Origin: Rhodothermales bacterium
GTDB lineage: Bacteria; Bacteroidota; Rhodothermia; Rhodothermales; VXPQ01
Direction of reading: 5' to 3'
Length of the DNA: 64,000 bases
Assembly (NCBI GenBank): GCA_951812335.1
Contig: OX638293.1
Span: 1,032,731-1,096,730 of the forward strand
Below, in pieces: positions 10,941 to 21,660 of this stretch. The first letter of the stretch is position 1. The number at the start of each line of letters is the position of its first letter. Position numbers and translations under genes: made by a program. Under the pieces are notes generated by a model. The model was not told the DNA's origin and did no database searches. It worked only from the letters and a program-made list of their open reading frames with translations.

Positions 10941-10964
10941 CCGATCAGGCGGCTGCCTGATCGG
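10941..10964 (-). terminator. hairpin overlapping the stop codon of the ABC ATPase gene (candidate intrinsic terminator)
   Basis: CCGATCAGG-CGGCTG-CCTGATCGG, a perfect 9-bp stem. On the minus strand it is followed by a T-rich run (CTATTTCTTTC). Confidence 0.45.
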
Positions 10965-11685
10965 TAGTGGAAACGGAAGCGAGTACGGGATTGTCTACCT
11001 GCACGTCGCTATCCACTTTACCATCAACCAGGCGCACAATGCGGCGGGCATGTTGCGCGACTTCGTTTTCGTGCGTAACGACAAGCAGGGTATGCCCCTG
11101 CCGATAGAGCTGCTCGAACAGGTGCATGATTTCCCTGCCCGTTTTCGTGTCGAGGTTGCCTGTCGGCTCGTCGGCCAGAATAATAGAGGGGTTGTTGACC
11201 AGTGCTCTCGCCACGGCGACACGCTGCCGCTGCCCCCCCGACAGTTCGTTCGGTTTGTGATCCACGCGGTCGGCCAGCCCAACGCTCTCCAGCGCATGCT
11301 CCGCCATCTGGCGCCGCTCTCTGCGTCGTATGCCACTGTATACCAGCGGCAATTCCACGTTGTGCATGCAATCGGCCCGCGCAAGCAGGTTGAATGTCTG
11401 GAACACGAACCCTATTTCGCGATTGCGCACATTGGCCAGTTCGTTATCGCTCATCTCGCTGACGCGCTGCCCATTGAGGTAGTAGGCGCCGCCCGTTGGC
11501 GAATCCAGACACCCTACGATATTCATCAACGTGGATTTTCCTGAGCCGGAAGCGCCCATGATCGCTACGTATTCGTTCTCGAATACATCCAGCGATACGC
11601 CGGCAAGGGCATGTACTTCATGTTCGCCCATGTAATAAATCCGGGTGGTGTCGCGCAGCGCTATGAGCGGTCGTTGTTCTTCCAT
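10945..11685 (-). CDS. ABC transporter ATP-binding protein (MacB/LolD-type)
   Basis: Walker [10 protein letters not shown], signature [15 protein letters not shown], Walker [12 protein letters not shown]. Confidence 0.9.
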   Translation of the reverse strand: MEEQRPLIALRDTTRIYYMGEHEVHALAGVSLDVFENEYVAIMGASGSGKSTLMNIVGCLDSPTGGAYYLNGQRVSEMSDNELANVRNREIGFVFQTFNLLARADCMHNVELPLVYSGIRRRERRQMAEHALESVGLADRVDHKPNELSGGQRQRVAVARALVNNPSIILADEPTGNLDTKTGREIMHLFEQLYRQGHTLLVVTHENEVAQHARRIVRLVDGKVDSDVQVDNPVLASVSTTDQAAA

Positions 11686-11740
11686 GAGTATCCTGTATGT
11701 GAGCCAGGGGAGTGTGTCCTGGGCTTGACCGGAAGCAAGG

Positions 11741-13144
11741 CTACGAACCGGCCCTGGAGAAATCGGGCGTACCGTTCTCGCGGATGCGTATCTGATCCTT
11801 ATGGTTCAGCGTGCGGCTGACGGCGCTGTACGGGCCTGTAACGACCTGGTCGCCGACGGCAAGCCCTGTTTCCACCTCGATGTGCGTGTCGTCGGATATA
11901 CCCGTTTCCACTTTGACAATCCGTGCCGTGCCGTCCACTACGACAAATACCACCTTGCTCAATTCTTCTTTCCCTTGATCGGCCCGGGAAGAATCGGAAG
12001 CGATCTCTTCCGCATTCTCTTCCTCCGTTTCTGCATTACCGTTGGCGTCCTGTGCGGATATGCCGGATAAATCGCGCACGGTCACGGCCTGAATCGGGAT
12101 GGCCACCACATCGACAACCGTTTCCGTATAGACATCCACGGTAGCGCTCATGCCGGGTCGGAAGAGCGGCGTATCGCTGAGGGGAGCAGGTACCTCGTCT
12201 TGTGCAATCACGCGCTGTTCGTCGGCATACCCTTCCTGGACGTTGTGGGCGTCCAGAATACGTACCTTGACGGGGAATTCGGTGACCTGCTGCTGCGTTC
12301 CGGCTGCGGTTGTGCGCGCAGAATTGGCGATCTCGGTTACGACGCCCCGGAAATTGCGTTCGGGATATGCATCGACTTCTATGGACGCCGTGTCGCCCAC
12401 CGCTACATTGACGATTTCGTTCTCGTTCACCTCGACTTCAACCTCCATATGATCCAGGCGGGCTACCCGCATCATTACGGTACCGGCCATCTGACTGGTT
12501 CCGACGACGCGTTCGCCAAGTTCCACCAGGAGCACGCTGATCGTGCCCGACATGGGACTGTAGATGGCCGTTTTGCGAACCTGCTCTTCGGCTTCGCGCA
12601 GGCGCGCTTCCGCGCTTTCGACCGCATAATTGGCTCCATCGAGTCCGGCTTTCGACACGTCGTACCGTGTTTCCGCCTGTTCGAGTACGCTTCTGGCGAT
12701 TGCGGCGCGTTCAAACAAATCCCGTTGGCGCGTGCGTTCCGATTCGGCCTCCAGCAGATCGGCCTGGCGCTGCGCCATGGAGGCTTTTGCCTGTAACACG
12801 TTCGCCAGCGCCTGCTCAACCTGTGTAGCATAGAAGTCAGGCTTTATCCGGGCAAGGAGCATACCGCGTTGCACGGTATCGCCCTCCTTGATGGGTAGTT
12901 CGATGATTTCGCCCGACACGTCCGGACTGATGATCACTTCCACCTCGGGCTGTACTCTGCCGGCAGCCGTGACGATCTGCGTAATGCTGCGGGCTTCGGC
13001 TTCGTCCGTCTCGACGAACGTCCCGGAATTTCCCGAACCGAACATACCTGTTATGCGCCCCACGATGGCGAACGCTACAAGCAAGATGAGCAATCCGCCC
13101 AATATCCACAGCAGGCGTTTCGTAGCGCTGGATTTTTTCGACAT
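11741..13144 (-). CDS. HlyD/MacA-family periplasmic adaptor
   Basis: N-terminal TM anchor, long coiled-coil segment and beta-barrel/lipoyl-like segments. Sits between the TolC-like and ATPase genes. Confidence 0.85.
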   Translation of the reverse strand: MSKKSSATKRLLWILGGLLILLVAFAIVGRITGMFGSGNSGTFVETDEAEARSITQIVTAAGRVQPEVEVIISPDVSGEIIELPIKEGDTVQRGMLLARIKPDFYATQVEQALANVLQAKASMAQRQADLLEAESERTRQRDLFERAAIARSVLEQAETRYDVSKAGLDGANYAVESAEARLREAEEQVRKTAIYSPMSGTISVLLVELGERVVGTSQMAGTVMMRVARLDHMEVEVEVNENEIVNVAVGDTASIEVDAYPERNFRGVVTEIANSARTTAAGTQQQVTEFPVKVRILDAHNVQEGYADEQRVIAQDEVPAPLSDTPLFRPGMSATVDVYTETVVDVVAIPIQAVTVRDLSGISAQDANGNAETEEENAEEIASDSSRADQGKEELSKVVFVVVDGTARIVKVETGISDDTHIEVETGLAVGDQVVTGPYSAVSRTLNHKDQIRIRENGTPDFSRAGS

Positions 13145-13203
13145 GTCTCTGAACAGTGGAAGGTGTTTGAAAAAGTGCGTTTGGCGGGCGCCTTGTTACG
13201 AAG

Positions 13204-14595
13204 TTAGTCGAACAACGGCGTCGAAAGGTCCAGACGGCCCACAAAGAAGTCGACCAGTTTGCTTTGGAACAGGAAATTGTACTGGGCCTGCACCCGGTTG
13301 CTTACGGCGGCGACATACTGGGCCTGCGCTTGCGTGAGTTCCACAAGCGTACCGGCTCCTACGTTGTACCGGTTCTGCGAGGCGTCGAGCGCCCGTTCGG
13401 CGGCAAGCACCTGCGTTTCGGACACTTCGAGGCTCTTTCGAGCGGCTTCGTATTCAAGATACCCCTGCCTTACCTGCAAGGCCGCGTTTTGCCTCAGGCT
13501 TTCCATGTCCAGCATTGCGTTCCGGTATTGCACCTCGGCTTGCTGAACTTGTGTACTCCGGGAGAAACCGTCGAAAACGGAATAACTGATACTGAAACCG
13601 AGCGAGTTGCCCCGGTTGCCTTCGAGCTGATCGAAGAGGGACCTCTTCATAAAATCATCCGGCGAGTAATTCGAGCGGTAACTTCCGCCGAAGTCCACTC
13701 GTGGCCAGTACACCGACTTTGCCAAGCGTATGCCCTGCTGCGCCGCACGGATGCGCGCTTCCTGCGCCGCCAGATCGTCGCGCCATGCGAACGCGATATC
13801 GAAGAGTTCCTGCAGGTCGTAATCCTGGGGAACGACGGGTATGTCTTCGTACCGTGGCGCAACGAATTCGTACTCGTCCCGCGGATCGAGTTGCAGGACT
13901 TGAATGAGCCGGGCCTTGCCGAGCTCCGCGTTCCGCTCGGCGTTAAGCACATCCAGTTCGGCTTGCGCCGTAGCCGCCTGCTGCTGGTAAAGATCGGAGA
14001 TAGGCCGCGATCCGACGTTTACGAATTCCTCGATCTGGTCCAGAAGCTGGCGTTGAGCTTCCAGATTCTCCTGCTGGATGACCACGAGTTGGCCCGCATT
14101 TACATAGAGGAGAAAATTGTTGGCCACGTCGAACGCCACGGTTTCCCGGGTCTGATCGTAGGCCAACTCACTGGCCTGCAGGGTGTGCAGCGATTGCCGG
14201 AGCGCCGCTATATTCGCAAACCCGTCGAACAGGTTGATTTGTCCCGAAAGCGATCCGTTCAGGTTCTGGCTCGTGAACTGGATATTGCGCCCCGCCTGGT
14301 CCTGTGCGAAACCGGATCCCCGCGATCCGCTGGTGGACATCGAGAAAGAGGGCAGAAAATCCATCCGCCGCTGAAACACCTGCCGCGCGCTTAGTTCGAT
14401 GTTGTTTCCGGACTGTTTTACCTGGACATTCCGGTCGAGTGCAATCCGGAGGGCCTCGTCGAACGTGATGACGCGAGCCTGTTGCGCCTGTGCATGGCGC
14501 GCCTCGCCCGGCGCAAATAGAAACATACCTGCCGCAAGCAGAAGAGCGAAAAGCGGCGTCCGGCGGAAGCGACCGGCATGGTTCACCATATACAT
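13204..14595 (-). CDS. TolC-family outer-membrane efflux protein
   Basis: Signal peptide (…FLFAPGEARHAQAQ) and two repeated helical/beta halves typical of TolC/OEP. Start taken at the internal ATG. Confidence 0.85.
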   Translation of the reverse strand: MYMVNHAGRFRRTPLFALLLAAGMFLFAPGEARHAQAQQARVITFDEALRIALDRNVQVKQSGNNIELSARQVFQRRMDFLPSFSMSTSGSRGSGFAQDQAGRNIQFTSQNLNGSLSGQINLFDGFANIAALRQSLHTLQASELAYDQTRETVAFDVANNFLLYVNAGQLVVIQQENLEAQRQLLDQIEEFVNVGSRPISDLYQQQAATAQAELDVLNAERNAELGKARLIQVLQLDPRDEYEFVAPRYEDIPVVPQDYDLQELFDIAFAWRDDLAAQEARIRAAQQGIRLAKSVYWPRVDFGGSYRSNYSPDDFMKRSLFDQLEGNRGNSLGFSISYSVFDGFSRSTQVQQAEVQYRNAMLDMESLRQNAALQVRQGYLEYEAARKSLEVSETQVLAAERALDASQNRYNVGAGTLVELTQAQAQYVAAVSNRVQAQYNFLFQSKLVDFFVGRLDLSTPLFD

Positions 14596-14780
14596 GATTC
14601 CTGTCCTGGACTGAATTTCGGGATGTTCCGTATGGGCATATTCTTGTGCTCCCGAGACGGAAGCGCAGAGCAAAACGCCGGGCATAACATGTCGTTACGG
14701 AAATAAAGCTACGGTGTTGCAATCGCCGCCGCAGAAAAAGCCGGGATCTCCGGAAACCGGTGCGTCGGCGGCAAGGAACG

Positions 14781-14867
14781 CGGAGGGGGAGGGATTCGAA
14801 CCCCCGGTACCCGCGAGGGTACGCCGGTTTTCAAGACCGGTGCATTCGTCCGCTCTGCCACCCCTCC
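14781..14867 (-). tRNA. tRNA-Ser (anticodon UGA)
   Basis: Read on the minus strand: GGAGGGGTGGCAGAGCGG…CTTGAAA…long variable arm…GGTTCGAATCC…CCCCTCCG. Acceptor stems pair. No encoded CCA. Confidence 0.85.
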
Positions 14868-14972
14868 TGGGAGCCGTTCGATCATTTTCCGGCAAACCAA
14901 TTACGTACAAATTTTCGTTCTCGCCTGTTCCGTAGCAGGTAGGCAGGTAAGGGAGAATAGATTCGGTAGCGC

Positions 14973-15686
14973 TTATGCGCCCAGTACCCCATAGGCCAGT
15001 GCGGCGAGCGCGCCGCCCGCAAACGGGCCGAGTACCGGGATCCATGCATATCCCCAGTCGCTGTCCCGCTTGCCCTTTCCGAGGGGGAGGAGGGCATGCA
15101 TTACGCGCGGGCTCAAGTCGCGGGCCGGATTGATCGCATATCCCGTGGTTCCGCCGAGGCACAGCCCGATAGCCAGCACAAGCAACCCCACCGGCAAGGC
15201 GTCCAGGGCGCCCAGGCCGGTTTCCGGCGCCGCCATATACAGTACGCCGAAAACGAGCACGAACGTGCCAATGACCTCGGAAATGAAATTCGCGCCCCCG
15301 CTCCGGATCTCCGGGGCGGTGCAGAAAACGCCCAGCTTCAGGTTCCCGTCTTCGGTATGCAGAAAATGCGGGCGGTAATGCAGCCAGGTCAGGAAGGCGC
15401 CCAACGCACCGCCGATAAATTGCGCGATCAGGTACAAGGGCACGTCCGCCCAGGGAAATTTTCCGGCCGTGGCCAGTCCGAGGGTCACTGCAGGATTGAT
15501 ATGAGCGCCGGAAAAGGCGGCGACGCAGAATACGGCCGCAAACACGGCCATACCCCACCCGAAGGTGATGACGATCCAGCCGGCGTTCTCGCCCTTGGTT
15601 CCTTTGAGCAGGACATTCGCTACGACGCCGTCGCCCAGCAAAATCAGCAAAGCGGTTCCGACGAGTTCTCCAAAAAAGGGAGTCAT
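14973..15686 (-). CDS. glpF: glycerol uptake facilitator (MIP/aquaporin family)
   Basis: Two NPA boxes (HINPAVT, AINPARD). Start at ATG 15686 (MTPFFGELVG). Confidence 0.9.
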   Translation of the reverse strand: MTPFFGELVGTALLILLGDGVVANVLLKGTKGENAGWIVITFGWGMAVFAAVFCVAAFSGAHINPAVTLGLATAGKFPWADVPLYLIAQFIGGALGAFLTWLHYRPHFLHTEDGNLKLGVFCTAPEIRSGGANFISEVIGTFVLVFGVLYMAAPETGLGALDALPVGLLVLAIGLCLGGTTGYAINPARDLSPRVMHALLPLGKGKRDSDWGYAWIPVLGPFAGGALAALAYGVLGA

Positions 15687-15750
15687 GGGTGCAAGAAAGA
15701 ATGGTGTGCAGAGTACCCTAAAGTACCGACGAGAGGAGAGAAAGGCATCC

Positions 15751-17253
15751 TCAGGAAGAGGTTTCCCATCCCGCGGCGCGTTCGAGGGCCCGCCGCCATT
15801 GCCGGAGCAGGTCTTCGGCAAGATCGCGTTCCATGGCGGGTTCGAAACGTCGATCCACCTGCCATTGCGTGGAAATCTCCTCCTGGTCCGCCCAGAAGCC
15901 CACCGCAAGACCGGCGAGATAGGCGGCGCCCAGCGCGGTCGTTTCAGCGATGCGGGGACGCACCGCAGGGACGCCCAGCAGGTCGGTCTGGAACTGCATA
16001 AGAAGATTGTTGGCCGTGGCCCCGCCGTCGACCCGCAGTTCGGTGAGGCGCAGCGCGGCGTCCGCTTCCATGGCCCGGATCAGGTCCGCTGTCTGAAAGG
16101 CGATGCTTTCCAGCGCGGCGCGGGCAAGGTGTCCGGCGGTAGCGCCGCGCGTCAGCCCCGTGACGGTTCCGCGGGCGTACGGGTCCCAGTGCGGGGCGCC
16201 CAGTCCGGTGAACGCCGGCACGAAATACACGCCCCCGTTGTCGGGTACGGAACGCGCCAGCGCTTCCACATCCGAGGAAGTCCGGATGACGCCAAGGCCG
16301 TCCCGCAGCCACTGTACGACGGCGCCTGCGATGAACACGCTGCCCTCCAGGGCATATTCGGTCCGATCGCCGATCCGCCAGGCAATGGTCGTAAGGAGAT
16401 TGTTGTCCGATTGCACGGCCTCTTCGCCCGTCTGCATCAACAGGAAGCACCCGGTGCCGTACGTATTCTTGACCATGCCCGGCGTGGTGCATACCTGCCC
16501 GAAAAGGGCTGCCTGCTGGTCCCCCGCGATGCCCGCGATGGGGACGTTCGGCATGAAGGTATCCTCCGAGGTTTTTGCATACTCCTCGCTCGACGAGCGA
16601 ACCTCCGGCAACAGGCTGCGGGGCACGCCGAAGATGTCCAGCAGTTCGTCGTCCCACTCGTTCGTATGGATGTTATAGAGCAGGGTCCGCGAGGCGTTCG
16701 TGGCGTCCGTGACATGTACGCGGCCCGAGGTCATGTTCCAGATCAGCCAGGAATCCACGGTGCCGAAGGCCAGCTCGCCCCGTTCGGCCCGTTCCCGGGC
16801 GCCTTCCACGTGATCGAGCATCCAGCGGACTTTGGTGCCGGAGAAGTAGGCGTCGAGGACCAGGCCTGTCCGGGAGCGGATAAAGTCGGCGTGTCCGGCT
16901 TCCCGCAGCCGGTCGCACATACCTGCGGTGCGGCGGTCCTGCCATACGATGGCGTGATGTATCGGCTTGCCGGTGCGGCGGTCCCAGACGACGGTCGTTT
17001 CCCGCTGATTCGTGATGCCGATGGCGGCTACGTCGGAGGCCGACAGGTTCGCTTCCGCCAGCACGTCGGCGGCCACGCCTGCCTGGGAAGACCAGATTTC
17101 CTCCGGGTCGTGTTCGACCCAGCCGGGTTGCGGGAAGATCTGCCGGAATTCGCGCTGCGCGACGCCCCGGATGGTGCCGCTATGGTCGAAAAGAATGGCG
17201 CGCGAACTGGTTGTGCCCTGATCGAGGGCGAGGATGTATCCTGGATCGGGCAT
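15751..17253 (-). CDS. glpK: glycerol kinase
   Basis: [19 protein letters not shown]-terminus and FGGY kinase motifs throughout. 500 aa. Confidence 0.95.
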   Translation of the reverse strand: MPDPGYILALDQGTTSSRAILFDHSGTIRGVAQREFRQIFPQPGWVEHDPEEIWSSQAGVAADVLAEANLSASDVAAIGITNQRETTVVWDRRTGKPIHHAIVWQDRRTAGMCDRLREAGHADFIRSRTGLVLDAYFSGTKVRWMLDHVEGARERAERGELAFGTVDSWLIWNMTSGRVHVTDATNASRTLLYNIHTNEWDDELLDIFGVPRSLLPEVRSSSEEYAKTSEDTFMPNVPIAGIAGDQQAALFGQVCTTPGMVKNTYGTGCFLLMQTGEEAVQSDNNLLTTIAWRIGDRTEYALEGSVFIAGAVVQWLRDGLGVIRTSSDVEALARSVPDNGGVYFVPAFTGLGAPHWDPYARGTVTGLTRGATAGHLARAALESIAFQTADLIRAMEADAALRLTELRVDGGATANNLLMQFQTDLLGVPAVRPRIAETTALGAAYLAGLAVGFWADQEEISTQWQVDRRFEPAMERDLAEDLLRQWRRALERAAGWETSS

Positions 17254-17294
17254 GGGAGGGGACTATACATATGTGTTTGTATTGAAACCCTATG

Positions 17295-17382
17295 CGGAGA
17301 GGGTGGGATTCGAACCCACGATACGGGATCGCCGTATACTCCCTTAGCAGGGGAGCGCCTTCAGCCGCTCGGCCACCTCTCC
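17295..17382 (-). tRNA. tRNA-Ser (anticodon GCU)
   Basis: Minus strand: GGAGAGGTGGCCGAGCGG…CTGCTAA…long variable arm…GGTTCGAATCCCACCCTCTCCG. Confidence 0.85.
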
Positions 17383-17484
17383 GTTGCGCTTGCGGGACGC
17401 ATCCCGGCGCACGCTTCATTTGCATTTCACGATCCCTGCTAACGCCGGAAGGTGTGCGAGGTTCGATGCCCCGCGATGCGGATT

Positions 17485-18414
17485 TTATCCGGCTTCCAGT
17501 GCGTTGGCCCCCGAAACGATCTCGATGATCTCCGTGGTGATCGCGGATTGGCGCGCCCGGTTGTACTTCAGTTTCAGGTTGCGCAAAAAGTCTTCCGCAT
17601 TGGAGGTCGCATTGTCCATGGCCACCATGCGCGCACCCTGTTCCGCCGCGTTCGATTCGAGCAGCACGCGCCATACCTGGTAGTGCAGATACCTCGGCAA
17701 TAACTCGTGCAGGACGGATTCCGCTTCCGGCTCGAAAATGGAATCGGCGGCTGTCTGGCTGCCGCTGCTGTCCGCCTGAGCATCTCCTTCGCCTAGCGTC
17801 TCCATGATCGGCGTCAGGAACTGCTTCTTCGGGATCGGCAGAAACGGCTCGACGACCCGATTCTGGGCGATGGTGTTCCGGAATTCGTTGTAGACGATTT
17901 TTACCTCGTCCCAGGAACCGTTCAGAAATCCATCCACGGCCCGCTCGACGATCTTCCGGGCCGTTTCGACTTCGATCCGGTCGAAGACCCCGCGAAAATC
18001 GCCGACCATTTGATATCCCCTTCGGGTAAAATGGTCATGCCCTTTCCGGCCCGCGGCAAGCACATGCAGGTTGCCGGCCTTGCGGACCGCTTCGTATGCC
18101 GCCATCGCCTGTTCCGCTTCCTTGACGATATTGGCGTTGAACGCTCCCGCCAGCCCCCGATCGGCCGTCACGACGATAAACACGATGCTCCGGCCCTGTT
18201 CGCGTTTTTGCAGCAACGGGTGCTCCGTGGCGTCGACCTGCTCCTTGAGCCGGCTGATGACCGCCCCCAGTCGGTATGCATACGGCCGCGTGCTGAATAT
18301 GCGTTCCTGTGCGCGCCGCAGTTTGGCCGCCGCCACCATTTTCATGGCGCGCGTCACCTGCTGCGTATTGCGGATCGAGTCGATCCTGTTCCGTATTTCC
18401 CGGAGATTGGCCAT
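17485..18414 (-). CDS. atpG: F0F1 ATP synthase subunit gamma
   Basis: MANLREIRNRIDSIRNTQQVTRAMKMVAAAKLRRAQ N-terminus. Operon context. Confidence 0.95.
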   Translation of the reverse strand: MANLREIRNRIDSIRNTQQVTRAMKMVAAAKLRRAQERIFSTRPYAYRLGAVISRLKEQVDATEHPLLQKREQGRSIVFIVVTADRGLAGAFNANIVKEAEQAMAAYEAVRKAGNLHVLAAGRKGHDHFTRRGYQMVGDFRGVFDRIEVETARKIVERAVDGFLNGSWDEVKIVYNEFRNTIAQNRVVEPFLPIPKKQFLTPIMETLGEGDAQADSSGSQTAADSIFEPEAESVLHELLPRYLHYQVWRVLLESNAAEQGARMVAMDNATSNAEDFLRNLKLKYNRARQSAITTEIIEIVSGANALEAG

Positions 18415-18429
18415 GAATCGGTTTGTGCG

Positions 18430-20019
18430 CTACGCCCGGAAAAGGTCCGCCAGGTCGCTCGCGACGCCGGTGAGCACTTCCCGGTGTTCGTCCGAAAGCA
18501 CGCCCGTTTCGCGAATGGCGTCGAGCAGGTCCTTGTGCTCTATCTGCAGCTTGCCGATGAATTCGGTTTCCAGTTCGCGCAGGCGGGTTACCGGCACAGC
18601 GTCCAGCAGCCCCTGTGTCGCCACAAACACCACGGCCACCTGTTCTTCCACCGGAACGGGGGCATACTGGCCCTGCTTCAGAATCTCTACAAGGCGTTCC
18701 CCGCGAAGCAACTGGCGCTGGGTGGCCGGATCCAGGTCGGACCCGAATTTGGAGAAGGCCTGCAACTCGCGGTACTGCGCGAGGTCGATGCGCAGCGTAC
18801 CCGCGACCTTTTTCATCGCCTTGATTTGCGCATTGCCGCCGACACGGGATACGGAAATCCCGACATCGATGGCGGGGCGCACCCCCGCATTAAAGAGGTT
18901 CGTCTCCAGATAGATCTGGCCGTCCGTGATGGAAATCACATTCGTCGGAATATAGGCGGAAACGTCCCCGGCCTGCGTTTCGATGACGGGCAGGGCGGTC
19001 AGAGAGCCGCCTCCTTCCACCTTACCTTGCAGCGATTCGGGGACATCGTTCATCTGTACCGCGACCGCCTTCGTTTCGTTGACCTTGGCGGCCCGTTCCA
19101 GCAGGCGGCTGTGCAGGTAAAACACGTCGCCCGGATACGCCTCGCGCCCCGGTGGGCGGCGCAGCAGCAACGACAACTCACGGTAGGCGACCGCCTGCTT
19201 GGAAAGGTCGTCGTACACCACGAGGGAATGCCGGCCCGTATCCCGGAAGTATTCGCCAATGCAGGCGCCGGCATACGGGGCAATGAACTGTACCGGAGCC
19301 GGCGACGAAGCCGGTGCGCTCACAATGACCGTATAGTCCATGGCGCCGTACTCCTCGAGCGCCCGCATCACATGGGCCACGGTGGACGCTTTTTGCCCGA
19401 TGGCCACGTAGACGCAAAAAACCGGCTTGTCGGTTTCCTGGGTCGATTTCTGATTGATGATCGTGTCGATCAATACGGCGGTTTTGCCGGTCTGCCGGTC
19501 TCCGATGACGAGTTCCCGCTGTCCCCGACCGATCGGGATCATCGAATCGATGGCCTTGACGCCCGTCTGGAGCGGCTCGCTCACCGGCTGTCTGTAGATG
19601 ACGCCCGGGGCCTTCCGCTCCAGCGGCATTTCGAAGGATTCGCCCGCAATGGGGCCGCGCCCGTCTATCGGGTTGCCGAGCGGATCGATCACGCGCCCCA
19701 GCATGCCCTCGGAAACGTCGATCGACGCGATGCGCCGGGTCCGGCGCGCCTCGTCGCCCTCCTTGATCGAATCGACATCGCCGAAAAGCACGACCCCGAT
19801 GTTGTCCTCCTCGAGGTTCAGAACCATGCCGGTGGTTCCGCTCGCCGGAAACGTGATCAACTCCCCGGCCTGTACATTCGAAAGTCCGTAAAGCCGCGCG
19901 ATGCCGTCCCCTGTTTGCAGGACGGTCCCGACTTCGTAGACATCGGTTCCCGTTTCCAGATCGCCGAAGGCGCTCTTCAGAACCGAGGTAACTTCATCTG
20001 GTCGAATTGACGTGGTCAT
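18430..20019 (-). CDS. atpA: F0F1 ATP synthase subunit alpha
   Basis: [19 protein letters not shown]-loop. 529 aa. Confidence 0.95.
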   Translation of the reverse strand: MTTSIRPDEVTSVLKSAFGDLETGTDVYEVGTVLQTGDGIARLYGLSNVQAGELITFPASGTTGMVLNLEEDNIGVVLFGDVDSIKEGDEARRTRRIASIDVSEGMLGRVIDPLGNPIDGRGPIAGESFEMPLERKAPGVIYRQPVSEPLQTGVKAIDSMIPIGRGQRELVIGDRQTGKTAVLIDTIINQKSTQETDKPVFCVYVAIGQKASTVAHVMRALEEYGAMDYTVIVSAPASSPAPVQFIAPYAGACIGEYFRDTGRHSLVVYDDLSKQAVAYRELSLLLRRPPGREAYPGDVFYLHSRLLERAAKVNETKAVAVQMNDVPESLQGKVEGGGSLTALPVIETQAGDVSAYIPTNVISITDGQIYLETNLFNAGVRPAIDVGISVSRVGGNAQIKAMKKVAGTLRIDLAQYRELQAFSKFGSDLDPATQRQLLRGERLVEILKQGQYAPVPVEEQVAVVFVATQGLLDAVPVTRLRELETEFIGKLQIEHKDLLDAIRETGVLSDEHREVLTGVASDLADLFRA

Positions 20020-20099
20020 AATGTTTGTATCGTCACTGGTTACGCATGCGCTTGCTCGTCAAGCGATGTCTGGCCGGTCCGTCGAGGTATGCACGACGG

Positions 20100-20645
20100 T
20101 TAATTGGTGGAAAGAGGCCGGAGCGTCACCCGATCGCGGAGCGCTTCAAGCCGGTGGCGCACGCTCCGGTCGTACACCGTATCTCCGATACGAACGACCA
20201 GCCCTCCGATCAATCCGGCGTCCTTGCGGACGTTCAGGCGAATTTTCTTGCCGGTCAACTGCTCAAGCGCCTCCGTGATTCCGGCGCGCTCCTCTTCGCT
20301 GAATTCCGAGGCGACGCGGGCTTCGGCTTCCACAATGCCGAGGCGTTCGTCATGCAGGCTCCGCCAAGCCTGTGCAATCCGGACAAACAGGCTTTCGCGT
20401 TGTCTGCCGACAAGCATATCGAGAAACCGCAGCGTCAGGTCGTCAAGCTGCGCTTCGAATAATGTACGGACGACAACCTGTTTCTTCTCGCGAGCGACGA
20501 CCGGATTCCGAAAAAGCTGCGCCAGCGCTTCCGACCCCTCCAGGGTCGCCCGAACGAACGCGATATCTGCGTCGACGCGCTCGACCTTCGAGGCGCGCTC
20601 GGCTTCCTCGTACAACGCACGTGCGTATCTGCGGGCTACAACCAT
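20100..20645 (-). CDS. atpH: F0F1 ATP synthase subunit delta (OSCP)
   Basis: VARRYARALYEEA N-terminus typical of OSCP/delta. Position between atpF and atpA. Confidence 0.9.
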   Translation of the reverse strand: MVVARRYARALYEEAERASKVERVDADIAFVRATLEGSEALAQLFRNPVVAREKKQVVVRTLFEAQLDDLTLRFLDMLVGRQRESLFVRIAQAWRSLHDERLGIVEAEARVASEFSEEERAGITEALEQLTGKKIRLNVRKDAGLIGGLVVRIGDTVYDRSVRHRLEALRDRVTLRPLSTN

Positions 20646-20646
20646 A

Positions 20647-20695
20647 GGATACTCTGATTACGTCCGCAAAGCTCAGAGGCTGTGAGGAGGGTGCG
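20647..20695 (-). mobile_element. solo right-arm fragment (~50 bp) of the MITE-like element
   Basis: GGATACTCTGATTACGTCCGCAAAGCTCAGAGGCTGTGAGGAGGGTGCG matches the right arm of the full copies. Similarity is lost after about 20695. Confidence 0.7.
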
Positions 20696-20743
20696 GTTTC
20701 CGTAAAGGGGTATGAGAAAACTCCGAGGCATTCGGTGCGCCGG

Positions 20744-21253
20744 TCAATTCCTGGGAAGCTGCTGGATAAAGCGATCGACCAGTTTGCGCTGCCGGTCCGT
20801 ATCAAGCGTCTCTTCGAGGATGTGCTCGGCGGTCCGGATAGCAAGGCCGGCCACTTCATCACGCAATTCCTCCAGCGCACGTTGCTTCTCCCGCTCGATT
20901 TCGGCTTGCGCCTGCTCTTGCATCTGCCGGATTCTCGCCCGCGTCTTCTCCAGTTCTTCGGTGCGCACCCGCTCGGCCGCCGCGCGCGCCTCTTGCATGA
21001 CGCGTCGTGCGTTTTCTTCCGCAGCGCGCCGGGCCTCCTCGTTTTTCTCCCCGGTTTTCCGGGCCTCTTCAAGCGCTCGCTCGGCCTTCCTGATCGACGT
21101 ATCAATGGTTTCTTCGCGTTCGCCCAATGCGCTCACGATGGGTTTCCATGCAAATCTGCGAAGAAGGAAGAGTAACAGCGCGAATACGATGACCTTGTAG
21201 ACGATCAGTCCCGCATTCGGCTCGAGAAGACTCTGGGCTACGATGATATCCAT
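20744..21253 (-). CDS. atpF: F0F1 ATP synthase subunit b
   Basis: N-terminal TM helix followed by a long charged helix (EEARKTGEKNEEARRAAEENARR…). Confidence 0.9.
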   Translation of the reverse strand: MDIIVAQSLLEPNAGLIVYKVIVFALLLFLLRRFAWKPIVSALGEREETIDTSIRKAERALEEARKTGEKNEEARRAAEENARRVMQEARAAAERVRTEELEKTRARIRQMQEQAQAEIEREKQRALEELRDEVAGLAIRTAEHILEETLDTDRQRKLVDRFIQQLPRN

Positions 21254-21347
21254 GGCCGAATCGATGGTGGATTATTCCTTGACATCCCAGGTGTATCGTC
21301 AGGATGCGCCGCCGGGGCAGTGGCAATCCGGCGCCGGGCGCGACACA

Positions 21348-21578
21348 TCAGGTTTTCAGTGTGAGCAACAGGCAGATGACCATGCCAAAAAGCGCAACTC
21401 CTTCGAGGAGCGCCGCAGCAATGATCATGGAAACGCGTATGTGGTTTGCGACTTCCGGCTGCCGCGCCGAACCTTCCATCGCAGGGCCGGCAAGATGCCC
21501 CAGCCCGATGCCGGCTCCGATTGCGACAAGTCCGGCTCCGATACCGGCGCCCAGGTAAGCTAATGCAGTAGGGTCCAT
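21348..21578 (-). CDS. atpE: F0F1 ATP synthase subunit c
   Basis: 76-aa hairpin proteolipid with Gly-rich helix 1 and an ARQPE loop. Confidence 0.9.
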   Translation of the reverse strand: MDPTALAYLGAGIGAGLVAIGAGIGLGHLAGPAMEGSARQPEVANHIRVSMIIAAALLEGVALFGMVICLLLTLKT

Positions 21579-21660
21579 AGTGATTCTCCGTGAGTTGGGT
21601 CAGATGATTCGAAAAAAGAGGTTTGGATGGTGAAATTGTCCGGCAAATCCGTTGACCTGG

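Noticed and set aside
10706-10960. Conserved small ORFs inside the repeat copies (KRPSGG…GPATLLRHSLPAHP…LNFADLIRV and MIPSSESAGNTADSGRR…; also 39057-39506, 55761-56069, 63386-63586 and the N-termini of 55580.., 60335.., 62626..63474)
   Set aside because: Their peptide similarity only reflects DNA identity between copies. A 37-nt deletion in copy 5 and a 3-nt indel plus substitutions in copy 2 shift or break the frames. Substitutions are pair-preserving rather than codon-position biased. The ORFs also run into neighbouring genes in different frames.
14781-17382. glpF-glpK bracketed by two tRNA-Ser genes, as a possible genomic island
   Set aside because: I saw no integrase, no direct repeat of a tRNA 3' end and no compositional break by eye. 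The two tRNAs are different isoacceptors (UGA, GCU) and both look intact. It seems to be ordinary core-gene context.
15565-17442. 625-aa ORF on the plus strand
   Set aside because: It is antisense to glpF, glpK and a tRNA gene, so it is a shadow ORF.
18010-20010. 666-aa ORF on the plus strand
   Set aside because: It is antisense to atpG and atpA. It has no recognisable motifs and low-complexity Arg/Gly-rich content, so it is a shadow ORF.
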